DNA of 64,000 nucleotides from an uncultured Anaerolineales bacterium (GTDB lineage Bacteria > Chloroflexota > Anaerolineae > Anaerolineales > UBA11858), in assembly GCA_964622645.1 (NCBI GenBank), contig CAZUSV010000001.1:5317-69316 (forward strand), in the 5' to 3' direction. The translations under genes and the position numbers were made by a program. Below, piece after piece: positions 54,005-62,417 of this stretch; within the stretch, counting starts at the first letter, position 1; each line of letters opens with the position of its first letter. The notes under the pieces were generated by a model. That model made no database searches. It was not told the origin of the DNA and saw only the letters and a program-made list of their open reading frames with translations.

Positions 54005-55018
54005 ATGATAAAAGTGATCCTGGTTGGCATTGGTGGGTTTGCCAATGCCTGGATTCCAGTTATTATTGATTCGACTGAAGTCGATTTTGCCGGGTTTGTC
54101 GAGATCAACCCCAAAGTCATCAAGCAGCAGGTCAAGAAATATGGCTTTGCGCAGCAATTGATCTTCCCAACGTTGGAAGATGCTTTCGTTGAGGTGGAGG
54201 CTGATGGGGTTATCAATGTCACACCGCCTGCGGAGCATAAGGGTATCTCGCTGACAGCACTCCAAGCGGGCATTCCCGTTTTGTCAGAAAAGCCCTTAGC
54301 GGACTCCATGGCCTCGGCGCGTGAAATTGTACAGAAATCTACTCAAACTGGGGTGCTGCATATGGTCGCTCAGGATTACCGCTACAAGATCCCCATTCAA
54401 ACGGTGAAAGCTGTCTTAGATTCGGATGAGTTGGGCCGGGTGGACTCGGTTCGTGTGGATTTTTACAAGGGACCTCATCTGGAAATGAGCTATCTCGACG
54501 ATCTGCCTTATCCATTGCTGATGGATATGGCGATCCATCATTTCGATTTGATGCGCTTCTTTTTGGGGAGCAACCTTTCAGCTGTCAACGCACATAGCTG
54601 GGCACCGCCTTGGAATTGGTTCAAGGGCGAGAGCGCGGTTTCCGCGGTGCTCGAATTTGAGAACCAGGCCGTGGTCTCATATACCGCTAGTTGGTGTAGT
54701 ACTGGCCAGGAAACCACCTGGACTGGCAATTGGCGTTTTGATTGTGAGAATGGCGTCTTGTTGCTGCTCGATGACAAGGTTTATATTCAGCATCGCACAG
54801 ATGAGCTCGAAGACCTAGGAGGGTATTCTCAATACATCAGTGAAGATCTGCTTGAAGTGCCCTTGCTTGATCCTCCTCGAGTTGGGCGTGACTATTTGTT
54901 GCACGAATTCTGTCAGGCTATCTCAATGGGTGTAAAACCTAAAAATACGTGTATAGATAATATCGAATCGCTCAAAATCGTATTCGATGTCATAGAGGCT
55001 GCTGAGCTATGGAAATAG
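54005..55018 (+). CDS. Gfo/Idh/MocA-family oxidoreductase
   Basis: MIKVILVGIGGFANAW Rossmann start (GTG 53993 is also possible). GIPVLSEKPLA motif. About 337 aa. Confidence 0.8.
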   Translation: MIKVILVGIGGFANAWIPVIIDSTEVDFAGFVEINPKVIKQQVKKYGFAQQLIFPTLEDAFVEVEADGVINVTPPAEHKGISLTALQAGIPVLSEKPLADSMASAREIVQKSTQTGVLHMVAQDYRYKIPIQTVKAVLDSDELGRVDSVRVDFYKGPHLEMSYLDDLPYPLLMDMAIHHFDLMRFFLGSNLSAVNAHSWAPPWNWFKGESAVSAVLEFENQAVVSYTASWCSTGQETTWTGNWRFDCENGVLLLLDDKVYIQHRTDELEDLGGYSQYISEDLLEVPLLDPPRVGRDYLLHEFCQAISMGVKPKNTCIDNIESLKIVFDVIEAAELWK

Positions 55019-56280
55019 AACTCACTTACGGTCGCACCGGATTGAAGATATCCTTGCCCTTGGATGCAGACGTAATTACACCACGCTATGTAGAAGGTCT
55101 GCATGATGAAGCCAGCGCTCTCCAGGAACCCCTTCGCAATCCCATTGAATCCCCGGCCCTGGCTGAAAAAGTAGAGCCTGGCGATTCTGTTGTGGTGGTG
55201 CACACAGATATCACCCGCGCTACGCCTAATGATCGTATCCTGCCTGTTTTGTTGGGAGAACTGGAAACAGCGGGAGTCCGACCCGAGGACATCACGATGC
55301 TCAATGGCCTCGGTACCCATCGCCCTCAAACCGACGCCGAGTTGAGAGAGCTTTTGGGCGATGAAATCGTCGAGAATTATCGTTGTTTGCAGCATGATTG
55401 TCACGACGATGACAATCTTGTATCGCTAGGGGAAACATCATTAGGGCATCCAGTGCGGATCAACCGCCGCTACCTCGAAGCCGATGCCCGCATTTTGACC
55501 GGCTTCATCGAGCCGCACTTCTTTGCTGGATTTAGTGGGGGCCCCAAAGCGATTTTGCCCTCCCTGGCAGGTTCAGAGAGTGTTTTTACCAATCATGGCA
55601 TCGACATGATTGCACATGCCAAAGCAGCCTGGGGGATAACCACTGGCAATCCTATTTGGGAGGAGATGCGCGAGGTCGCATTGCGCACTGAAGCGACCTT
55701 TTTGCTAAATGTGGCTCTCAACGCTAAACGCCAGATCACCGGGGTCTTCGCCGGGGATATGCTGGCTGCCCACGCCCGGGGCTGTGAGTTCGTCAAAGAG
55801 AACGCCATGGTAGCTGTTGAGCATCCTTACGATATTGTCATCACCACCAACAGTGGCTACCCACTCGACCAGAATCTGTACCAATCCGTTAAGGGGATGA
55901 GCGCGGCCAGCCAGGTTGTGCGCAAGGGGGGCGCGATCATCATGGCCGCGGCCTGTGAAGATGGATTGCCCGATCATGGATTATATGCTTCGTTGCTGGC
56001 CGAGGCTGGTTCTCCCCAGGCTGTCTTAGATTTGATATCGAAACCTGGCTTCAGCGCCCAGGACCAATGGCAGGTGCAGGTCCAGGCCCAAATCCAGCAA
56101 AAGGCTGAGGTTTTCGTGTACAGCGATGGACTGACCGACCAGCAGATTGAGCGCGCCCTATTTACCCCCAGCCGGGATATCGCCGTCACCGTGAGCCAAT
56201 TGGTAGAAAAAATCGGCCCTCAGGCGCGCATCTGCGCCATCCCCGAAGGCCCGCAAACCATTCCTTATCTGCGAAATTAG
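55009..56280 (+). CDS. LarA-family (DUF2088) nickel-pincer-cofactor-dependent racemase/epimerase homologue
   Basis: VVVVHTDITRATPNDR, LNGLGTHRPQT, GFIEPHFFAGFSGGPKAILP correspond to the LarA Arg/His/His/Lys catalytic and cofactor-tether motifs as I remember them. Overlaps the upstream gene by 10 nt. Confidence 0.75.
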   Translation: MEIELTYGRTGLKISLPLDADVITPRYVEGLHDEASALQEPLRNPIESPALAEKVEPGDSVVVVHTDITRATPNDRILPVLLGELETAGVRPEDITMLNGLGTHRPQTDAELRELLGDEIVENYRCLQHDCHDDDNLVSLGETSLGHPVRINRRYLEADARILTGFIEPHFFAGFSGGPKAILPSLAGSESVFTNHGIDMIAHAKAAWGITTGNPIWEEMREVALRTEATFLLNVALNAKRQITGVFAGDMLAAHARGCEFVKENAMVAVEHPYDIVITTNSGYPLDQNLYQSVKGMSAASQVVRKGGAIIMAAACEDGLPDHGLYASLLAEAGSPQAVLDLISKPGFSAQDQWQVQVQAQIQQKAEVFVYSDGLTDQQIERALFTPSRDIAVTVSQLVEKIGPQARICAIPEGPQTIPYLRN

Positions 56281-56310
56281 GAACACGGTTCCTCTAAGGA
56301 ACCGTGTTCC
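56280..56310 (+). terminator. perfect 14-bp hairpin directly after the LarA-like gene (no U-run)
   Basis: GGAACACGGTTCCT cta AGGAACCGTGTTCC. It begins with the last base of the TAG stop codon (56278-56280). Confidence 0.45.
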
Positions 56311-56407
56311 TCCAAAGAATAAAGAATAAATCAAAAGTCATTTCTCAAATCAAACTTTTTTGCTCTGTGTTCTCCGCGACTCTGCGGTGAAAAATTGGGA
56401 TCAAATT

Positions 56408-57199
56408 ATGGACAGTAAATCCTATCGAATGAAAGAAATCATCAATTCGGCAGATCAGCGCAGTTTGATCGTCGAGACCAGTGCTGGATTGACCCTGGGG
56501 CCGGTGCCTGGCCTGGAGCGGTTCTCCAAGGCGGTGCTGCCGCTCCTGCCGCTGGTCGATGGCTTAGTCTGCAGCCCTGGGCAGGCACGCAAACTCATCA
56601 GCCGCACGCGCCAGGATGCGGGTCTGTTGGTGCGCGCTGATTGGACCAACGCCATACGCGGCCCCGATTTTGTCTTGCCTCCAGAGTCGATCAAGCATAT
56701 CCCTTTGCTGACACCCACGCAGGCCCTCGATCTGGGCGCGGCCGCGCTGGTCTTGACCTTCTTGCTAGGCCATGAGGAGCAGATCGAAGCCGAATGCCTG
56801 CGTCGAACGGTGCAAACCGCCCTGGAGGGAAGTCGCATTGGCGTGCCGCTGATCTTAGATATCCTCCCCAGCGGCCCTCGGGTAGTCCTGTTCAAGAAGG
56901 CTGTGGAACTGGGCGTGTCTTACGCGCTCGAAGGCGGTGCCGACGGCGCAGCGATCCCCTGGCCTGGATCAGAGTCCTTCGAAACGATCATCACTATGGC
57001 CGGCGAAGTGCCGATCTGGGTGAAGCCCTCCTCGTTGAATAATACTGAAGCTGAATTATCCCAGGCGCTCGACCTGGGTGGAGCCGGTTTATGGCTGGAC
57101 GAAACTGTTTTCGCTGAAGACGATACTATGGACCAATTGCGTGCATTCAAAGCGCAATTGCACACCGAAAAGTCCCCTCTCCCCCTGGGAGAGGCTTAG
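56408..57199 (+). CDS. DhnA/FbaB/LsrF-type class I aldolase paralogue lacking the Schiff-base lysine (probable pseudoenzyme)
   Basis: Alignable with the N-domain of the next gene. GADALKIPYTGDVESF (next gene) corresponds to GADGAAIPWPGSESF here, so Lys is replaced by Ala. Confidence 0.6.
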   Translation: MDSKSYRMKEIINSADQRSLIVETSAGLTLGPVPGLERFSKAVLPLLPLVDGLVCSPGQARKLISRTRQDAGLLVRADWTNAIRGPDFVLPPESIKHIPLLTPTQALDLGAAALVLTFLLGHEEQIEAECLRRTVQTALEGSRIGVPLILDILPSGPRVVLFKKAVELGVSYALEGGADGAAIPWPGSESFETIITMAGEVPIWVKPSSLNNTEAELSQALDLGGAGLWLDETVFAEDDTMDQLRAFKAQLHTEKSPLPLGEA

Positions 57200-57218
57200 G
57201 GTGAGGGGAGCATCGATC

Positions 57219-58511
57219 ATGCAACCTGGATTACAAACCCGCATGGACCGCTTATTCAACCGCCACGGTGATGGCCGGGCGGTATGCGTCGCTGCCGATC
57301 ACGGCTATATGAGCGATGTCACCGATAACGTCGTGCAGCTGCGCCCGATCACCGAAGCTGTGATTCGCGGTGGTGTGGACGGCATCTTGCTCAGCCCGGG
57401 GCAGGCCATGAGACTGGCACCGCTATTTCAGGGTCGTGATGGCCCCGCGCTGATCATACGCGCCGATTGGATGAATATGCCCCGCCTGGGTACCTCCAAT
57501 GTCGCCAACTCCGTGCCGCAGCGCACTCTATTCCACCAGAAAGTGATCACTGCTGAACAAGCGTTAGCTTTGGGGGCCACGGCGATCACCATTTATCTGT
57601 TTCTGGGCAACAGCGACCGCATCGAAGCCGCCGGCATCGATGTCTGCGCCCGTTTTGCTGCCGAATGCCGGGAAGTAGGATTGCCCTGCATCATGGAGCC
57701 ACTGGCGGTCGGAGGACAGGTGACCGGGGCCAATATCGTCGAGATCCTTACCCTGGGGGCGCGCATGTGCGTCGAGTTAGGCGCCGACGCCCTCAAGATC
57801 CCCTACACCGGAGATGTGGAATCTTTCCGCCATCTGGTCGAGGTGTCTGAAGTGCCTGTTTTGGTATTGGGCGGGGCGCGCAGCGATTACGAGCGTGACG
57901 CCTTGGAGTTATTCGCTGAAGGGCTCGAAGCCGGGGGCCGCGGCTGCCTGATGGGCCGCAATGTGACCAAGTCGCCCGATCCCCAGCGCATGATCGAGCA
58001 GTTGTGCGGCATTGCCCATCAGGGCTGGTCTGTGGACCGCGCCTTGCGTACCGAAGAATGGGAATATCTGAAATTAAAAGCCCACCCAAGGAAATGCACC
58101 GGCTGCGACCTGTGCGTGGTGGCCTGTGTCGCTCATCATGAAAGGGACGCCTATGGTACCCATCTCTCTCGCCTGCGCATCGACCCTGGCAACAAACCCG
58201 GCCAGCACAAGGTCATGTTCTGTACGCTGTGCAAGAAATGTCTGGACGTCTGTCCTACGGATGCGCTGCGCTGGCACCCAGAGACCGGGGCGGTTGAGCT
58301 ATTGGTCGATAAGTGCACCGCCTGCGATGAGTGTGTGCAGATCTGCCCGACCGGGGTGATCGTCCACAGCGATGAGGGAATCCAACTATCATCCGGCGAA
58401 TACCTGGAATGGTACCCCGTAGATTGCGATCTTTGCGGAGGTGAACCGGAATGCACGCGCATCTGTCCCACAGGCGCCATCTTTGTCGATGAACGGGTGG
58501 AGGTGGCCTGA
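57219..58511 (+). CDS. class I aldolase (DhnA/FbaB/LsrF family) fused to a C-terminal four-cluster [4Fe-4S] polyferredoxin domain
   Basis: Aldolase part: VCVAADHGYM, ALIIRADWMN, ELGADALKIPYTG, LMGRNV. Ferredoxin part: CTGCDLCVVAC, CTLCKKCLDVCP, CTACDECVQICP, CDLCGGEPECTRICP. RBS GAGGGGAG before ATG 57219. Confidence 0.7.
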   Translation: MQPGLQTRMDRLFNRHGDGRAVCVAADHGYMSDVTDNVVQLRPITEAVIRGGVDGILLSPGQAMRLAPLFQGRDGPALIIRADWMNMPRLGTSNVANSVPQRTLFHQKVITAEQALALGATAITIYLFLGNSDRIEAAGIDVCARFAAECREVGLPCIMEPLAVGGQVTGANIVEILTLGARMCVELGADALKIPYTGDVESFRHLVEVSEVPVLVLGGARSDYERDALELFAEGLEAGGRGCLMGRNVTKSPDPQRMIEQLCGIAHQGWSVDRALRTEEWEYLKLKAHPRKCTGCDLCVVACVAHHERDAYGTHLSRLRIDPGNKPGQHKVMFCTLCKKCLDVCPTDALRWHPETGAVELLVDKCTACDECVQICPTGVIVHSDEGIQLSSGEYLEWYPVDCDLCGGEPECTRICPTGAIFVDERVEVA

Positions 58512-60316
58512 TGAATCTGCAAAAACGAGCCTACTGTGACCGTCTGCTGCGAGTGGATCTATCCAGCGGGAAAATCGAGACCACGCCGTTACCCGCCGAG
58601 GCCATGCCATCGATTTTGGGCGGCAAGGGTCTGGGAGCTTGGCTGCTCTATCATGAGCAACCCGTCGGTGTTGACCCCTTATCCCCCGAAAACCACCTGA
58701 TATTCCATAACGGCCCGCTAACGGGCACCACCGCCCCCACCGCCGGCCGCTTTGGCTGTACGACGCGCAGCCCGGCCACGGGCACATACAGCGATTCGTA
58801 TTGCGGTGGCTATTGGGGGCAGACACTCAAATATGCCGGTTATGACGGCGTGGTTTTGACTGGCGCCGCCTCGGGGCCAGTGGTCCTGCTCATCGATGAC
58901 GATCACGCCAAACTTGAATCCGCAACCCATCTTTGGGGGCAGAATATCACCGAGACCACGCACCAGCTCTGGGATCAGTACGGGCGTGACTGGCAGTCCC
59001 TGGTCATCGGCCCACCGGGCGAAAAGCAGCGTAATCTGGCGGGTGTTTTCAATGAGACGCGTGCCCTGGCACGCGGCGGTGTGGGCGCGGTGATGGGATC
59101 AAAGAACCTAAAAGCCATCCTGGTGCGCGGGCAGGGTTACGTGCGCGTCCAAGATCCAGAGAAATATGAGCGAGCCCTGCAGTTGGCCTTCCGCGCAGTA
59201 CGCATGTCCAGCGAGACCACCTTACTCAGCAAAGAGGGCACAGCCAATATCCTGGAGATCGTCAACGTCATGGGCGCTTTGCCCACGCGTAATTTCCAGC
59301 AGGGCCAGTTCGAAGCTGCCGAAGACGTTTCGGGCTGGGCTTTTCGCGAGCACGAATGGGTCAAGGAATATGCCTGTTTTGGCTGCCCTATCGCCTGTGG
59401 TAAATATACTCGCCCTTTTAGTGATGGCAAAGTTATCGAAGGGCCAGAATACGAGACCATTTTCGCCTTCGGCCCCAACTGTGCCATTGGCGATCGGCAG
59501 GTGATCAACCAACTGAACTGGTGGTGCGACGAGTACGGCCTGGACACGATCAGCGCCGGTGGGGTGATCGGCTTTGTGATGGAGGCCTTCGAGCGCGGGC
59601 TGATCGCTTCAAGTGATTTAGATGGTATTGAACCGCGCTTTGGAGATGCCCAGGCCGCCTTGGCATTAGTGGAAAAGATGGCTTGCGTCGAAGGCTGCGG
59701 CGAGTGGCTTTCCCAAGGTGTGGCCGCCATAGCCGCACGCTATCCCGAGGCCTCCGCTTTCGCCATGCATGTCAAAGGCTTAGAAATGCCTGCCTATCAT
59801 CCCAGCGCGGCCAAAGGCACCGCCCTGGCCTACGCCGTCTCGGAGCGCGGCGCCTGCCATTTACGCGGCGCGCCCCTCGGCGAGCTTTTCAGCGGAGCAG
59901 CCGAGCCCTTGAGTACGGAGGGCAAGCCGCAGATGTTCCGTGACCACCAGGCTGATAAAGCCGTCTGGGACAGCGCCTGTTTGTGCTATTTCCCCGGCTA
60001 TGGCATGAAGCTCAAAGAGTTGTGGCAGTTGGTCACCGCAGCTACCGGGTTTGATTATCCAACTGTGCATGAGTTCGAACGCATCGGTGAGCGAATTTCG
60101 ACCCTGGCGCGACTCTTTAACGTGCGCGAGGGCCTCAATCGCTCAGCAGACACACTGCCAGCCCGCAACCTCTCCCAACCGCTTCCGGTGGGTGCTGGTG
60201 GGGGGCAGATCGTCGACCTGGCGCCCATGCTGGATGAATATTATCAACTTATGGGCTGGGATGCGCAGGGTGTTCCCACGCCAGAGCGATTACGCGATTT
60301 AGGGATTAGGGAGTAA
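58511..60316 (+). CDS. tungsten-type aldehyde:ferredoxin oxidoreductase (AOR family)
   Basis: N-terminal LLRVDLSSGKIETTPLP...LGGKGLGAWLLY. Cluster Cys motif CFGCPIAC. Pterin-binding DEYGLDTISAGG. 601 aa. ATG shares one base with the upstream TGA (TGATG). Confidence 0.85.
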   Translation: MNLQKRAYCDRLLRVDLSSGKIETTPLPAEAMPSILGGKGLGAWLLYHEQPVGVDPLSPENHLIFHNGPLTGTTAPTAGRFGCTTRSPATGTYSDSYCGGYWGQTLKYAGYDGVVLTGAASGPVVLLIDDDHAKLESATHLWGQNITETTHQLWDQYGRDWQSLVIGPPGEKQRNLAGVFNETRALARGGVGAVMGSKNLKAILVRGQGYVRVQDPEKYERALQLAFRAVRMSSETTLLSKEGTANILEIVNVMGALPTRNFQQGQFEAAEDVSGWAFREHEWVKEYACFGCPIACGKYTRPFSDGKVIEGPEYETIFAFGPNCAIGDRQVINQLNWWCDEYGLDTISAGGVIGFVMEAFERGLIASSDLDGIEPRFGDAQAALALVEKMACVEGCGEWLSQGVAAIAARYPEASAFAMHVKGLEMPAYHPSAAKGTALAYAVSERGACHLRGAPLGELFSGAAEPLSTEGKPQMFRDHQADKAVWDSACLCYFPGYGMKLKELWQLVTAATGFDYPTVHEFERIGERISTLARLFNVREGLNRSADTLPARNLSQPLPVGAGGGQIVDLAPMLDEYYQLMGWDAQGVPTPERLRDLGIRE

Positions 60317-60437
60317 GGAGTAAGGAAATAGGGAGTAAGGAAGTAGGGAGTAGGAAGTAGGGAGTAGGAAGTAGGGAAAACTCGGTACCCTACTCACATA
60401 CTCCCTACTCCCATACTCCTTACTCCCCAAAGGTTTT
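60296..60437. repeat. strand-asymmetric tandem-repeat hairpin: 84-nt C-free purine-rich arm, 46-nt G-free arm, then a T-run
   Basis: No C from 60296 to 60379, with GGGAGTAAGG/GGAAGTAGGGAGTA words repeated. No G from 60385 to 60430 (CCCTACTC...CCTTACTCCCC). GGTTTTTT at 60431-60438. It starts inside the last codons of the AOR gene. Confidence 0.8.
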
Positions 60438-60441
60438 TTCC

Positions 60442-61188
60442 ATGATGCCTGATCAGTCAATACTATTCTACATTGTATTCGCCTTCGTAGCTTTCCTGAT
60501 TGGCCTGGCCAAAGGGGGCTTCGGCGGTTTGATGGGCGCCCTGGCGACACCCTTGATGGCCTTGGTAATGCCTGTTGACCAGGTAATCGGATTGGTCTTG
60601 CCTGTGCTCATGTTCGCCGATCTCTTCGCCTTGGCTTTCCACTGGCAGCGCTGGAATGGGCGCTTGGTCTTGTTGCTGCTGCCAGGCGCTGTGATCGGTG
60701 TGACCATTGGCACGCTCTTCATCACCAACGCACCTACCGAGACCTTGCGTTTGGCGCTGGGGATCATTGTGCTGATATTTGCCATCTACAAAATTCTCGA
60801 GAACCGCATCATCGGTTCCTTGGAGTATGAAAGCCGCAATTGGCATGGGTTGTTAGGCGGCACGATCACCGGTTTTTCTTCAGCGCTTGCTCACACCGGG
60901 GGGCCGCCGGTGAGCATCTATTTGTTGATGCAGAATATTTCCCCGCGAGTTTTTGTGGCTACTGCAGCCCTGTTTTTCTTCTCGTTGAACTGGATCAAAG
61001 TGCCGTATTACTTCTACGCCCAGTTATTCGATTTTCAAAAGCTGTGGTCGGTCATCTGGTTGGTCCCCCTGGTTCCCTTGGGGGCCTGGTTTGGCCGCTG
61101 GGTCAGCGAGAAAATAGATCCTAAAAGTTTTGAGCGCTTCATCCTGGTTTTGCTGACAATTTCAGCGCTGATCTTGATTGTTACCTGA
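60442..61188 (+). CDS. TSUP (TauE/SafE, DUF81) family anion exporter-like membrane protein
   Basis: 248 aa, 7-8 TM. GLAKGGFGGLMGALATPLM and ALAHTGGPPVSIYLL motifs. Confidence 0.75.
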   Translation: MMPDQSILFYIVFAFVAFLIGLAKGGFGGLMGALATPLMALVMPVDQVIGLVLPVLMFADLFALAFHWQRWNGRLVLLLLPGAVIGVTIGTLFITNAPTETLRLALGIIVLIFAIYKILENRIIGSLEYESRNWHGLLGGTITGFSSALAHTGGPPVSIYLLMQNISPRVFVATAALFFFSLNWIKVPYYFYAQLFDFQKLWSVIWLVPLVPLGAWFGRWVSEKIDPKSFERFILVLLTISALILIVT

Positions 61189-61206
61189 TGCGAAAGGAGT
61201 GAGTCG

Positions 61207-62412
61207 ATGCCCCAGCCCGTTGTTTTGGTTGGTTCACTGGATACGAAAGGGGAAGAATTTCAATTTGTCAGGGATTTGATCCAGGCGCAAGGCCTGGAGA
61301 CGATCCTGGTGAATTTCGGCGTTTTGGGTGATCCTGTACTTGAAGCGGATGTCAGTTCCGATGAGGTGGCGCGCGCCGGGGGCTTCAGCCTCGCTGAGTT
61401 GCGCCAGAAAGAAGACAAAACCATGGCCATGCGCACCATGACCGCGGGGCTGACCCAGGTCGTGGCGGACCTGTTCGAAAAAGGCCGCCTGGGCGGCATC
61501 CTCGGGATGGGTGGCGGCGGGGGCACCTCCATCGCTACCGCGGCTATGCGCGGCCTGCCTACCGGGGTACCCAAATTGATGCTCTCCACCGTAGCCGCTG
61601 GTGATGTGGCCCAATATGTTGGCACTCGTGATATCACCATGATGCCCTCGGTGGTCGATGTGGCTGGTATCAATTCCATCAGCCGCCAGATCTATGCGAA
61701 CGCCGCCGGGGCTATTGCCGGGATGGTGAGTCAAAAGCTCGAAGAAGTTGCTGAGGAAAAACCCCTCATCACGGCCAGCATGTTCGGCAACACCACTGAA
61801 TGCGTCACCCGGGCGCGTGAAAAATTAGAAGCCGCCGGTTACGAGGTGCTGGTTTTTCATGCCACTGGCACCGGTGGGCGCACCATGGAAGACCTGATCG
61901 CGGATGGATTTATCGCCGCTAATTTGGATATCACCACCACCGAACTGGCCGACGAGGTCTGTGGTGGCGTTCTCAGCGCCGGTCCCGAGCGCATGCTGGC
62001 TGCGGCAAAAGCTGGTATTCCCACATTGCTGGTTCCTGGTTGTGTGGATATGGCCAACTTCTGGGGGCGCGATACCGTGCCGGAGAAATATCAGGAACGA
62101 TTGCTCTATGAGTGGAATCCTAACATCACCTTGCTGCGCACCAACGTCGAAGAGAATAAGCGCATGGGTGAAATGATCGCCCAGGCCGCCAACCAGTCCA
62201 CTGGGCCGGTAGCGATCTTAATACCATTGAAGGGCGTTTCGCAGTTGGACTCTCCCGGTGGTGATTTCTGGGATCCCGAAGCCGATCAAGCCTGTTTCCA
62301 GACCATAAAGGAGAACCTCAAGGCTGGGATTCCAGTCGTCGAACTGGATCACAACATCAATGACCCCGAGTTCGCCGACACAGCGGTTGAGCTGTTGTTG
62401 GATATGCTTTAG
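61207..62412 (+). CDS. UPF0261 / Tm-1-like ATP-binding domain protein, copy 2
   Basis: MPQPVVLVGSLDTKGEEFQFVRDLI. RBS AAAGGAG. Paralogous to 51303-52538. Confidence 0.75.
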   Translation: MPQPVVLVGSLDTKGEEFQFVRDLIQAQGLETILVNFGVLGDPVLEADVSSDEVARAGGFSLAELRQKEDKTMAMRTMTAGLTQVVADLFEKGRLGGILGMGGGGGTSIATAAMRGLPTGVPKLMLSTVAAGDVAQYVGTRDITMMPSVVDVAGINSISRQIYANAAGAIAGMVSQKLEEVAEEKPLITASMFGNTTECVTRAREKLEAAGYEVLVFHATGTGGRTMEDLIADGFIAANLDITTTELADEVCGGVLSAGPERMLAAAKAGIPTLLVPGCVDMANFWGRDTVPEKYQERLLYEWNPNITLLRTNVEENKRMGEMIAQAANQSTGPVAILIPLKGVSQLDSPGGDFWDPEADQACFQTIKENLKAGIPVVELDHNINDPEFADTAVELLLDML

Positions 62413-62417
62413 AGAAT

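Noticed and set aside
60296-60380. Tandem GGAAGTAGGGAGTA repeats considered as a CRISPR array.
   Set aside because: The units are about 14 nt with no intervening unique spacers, and no cas genes are present. It is a simple tandem repeat forming one arm of a hairpin.
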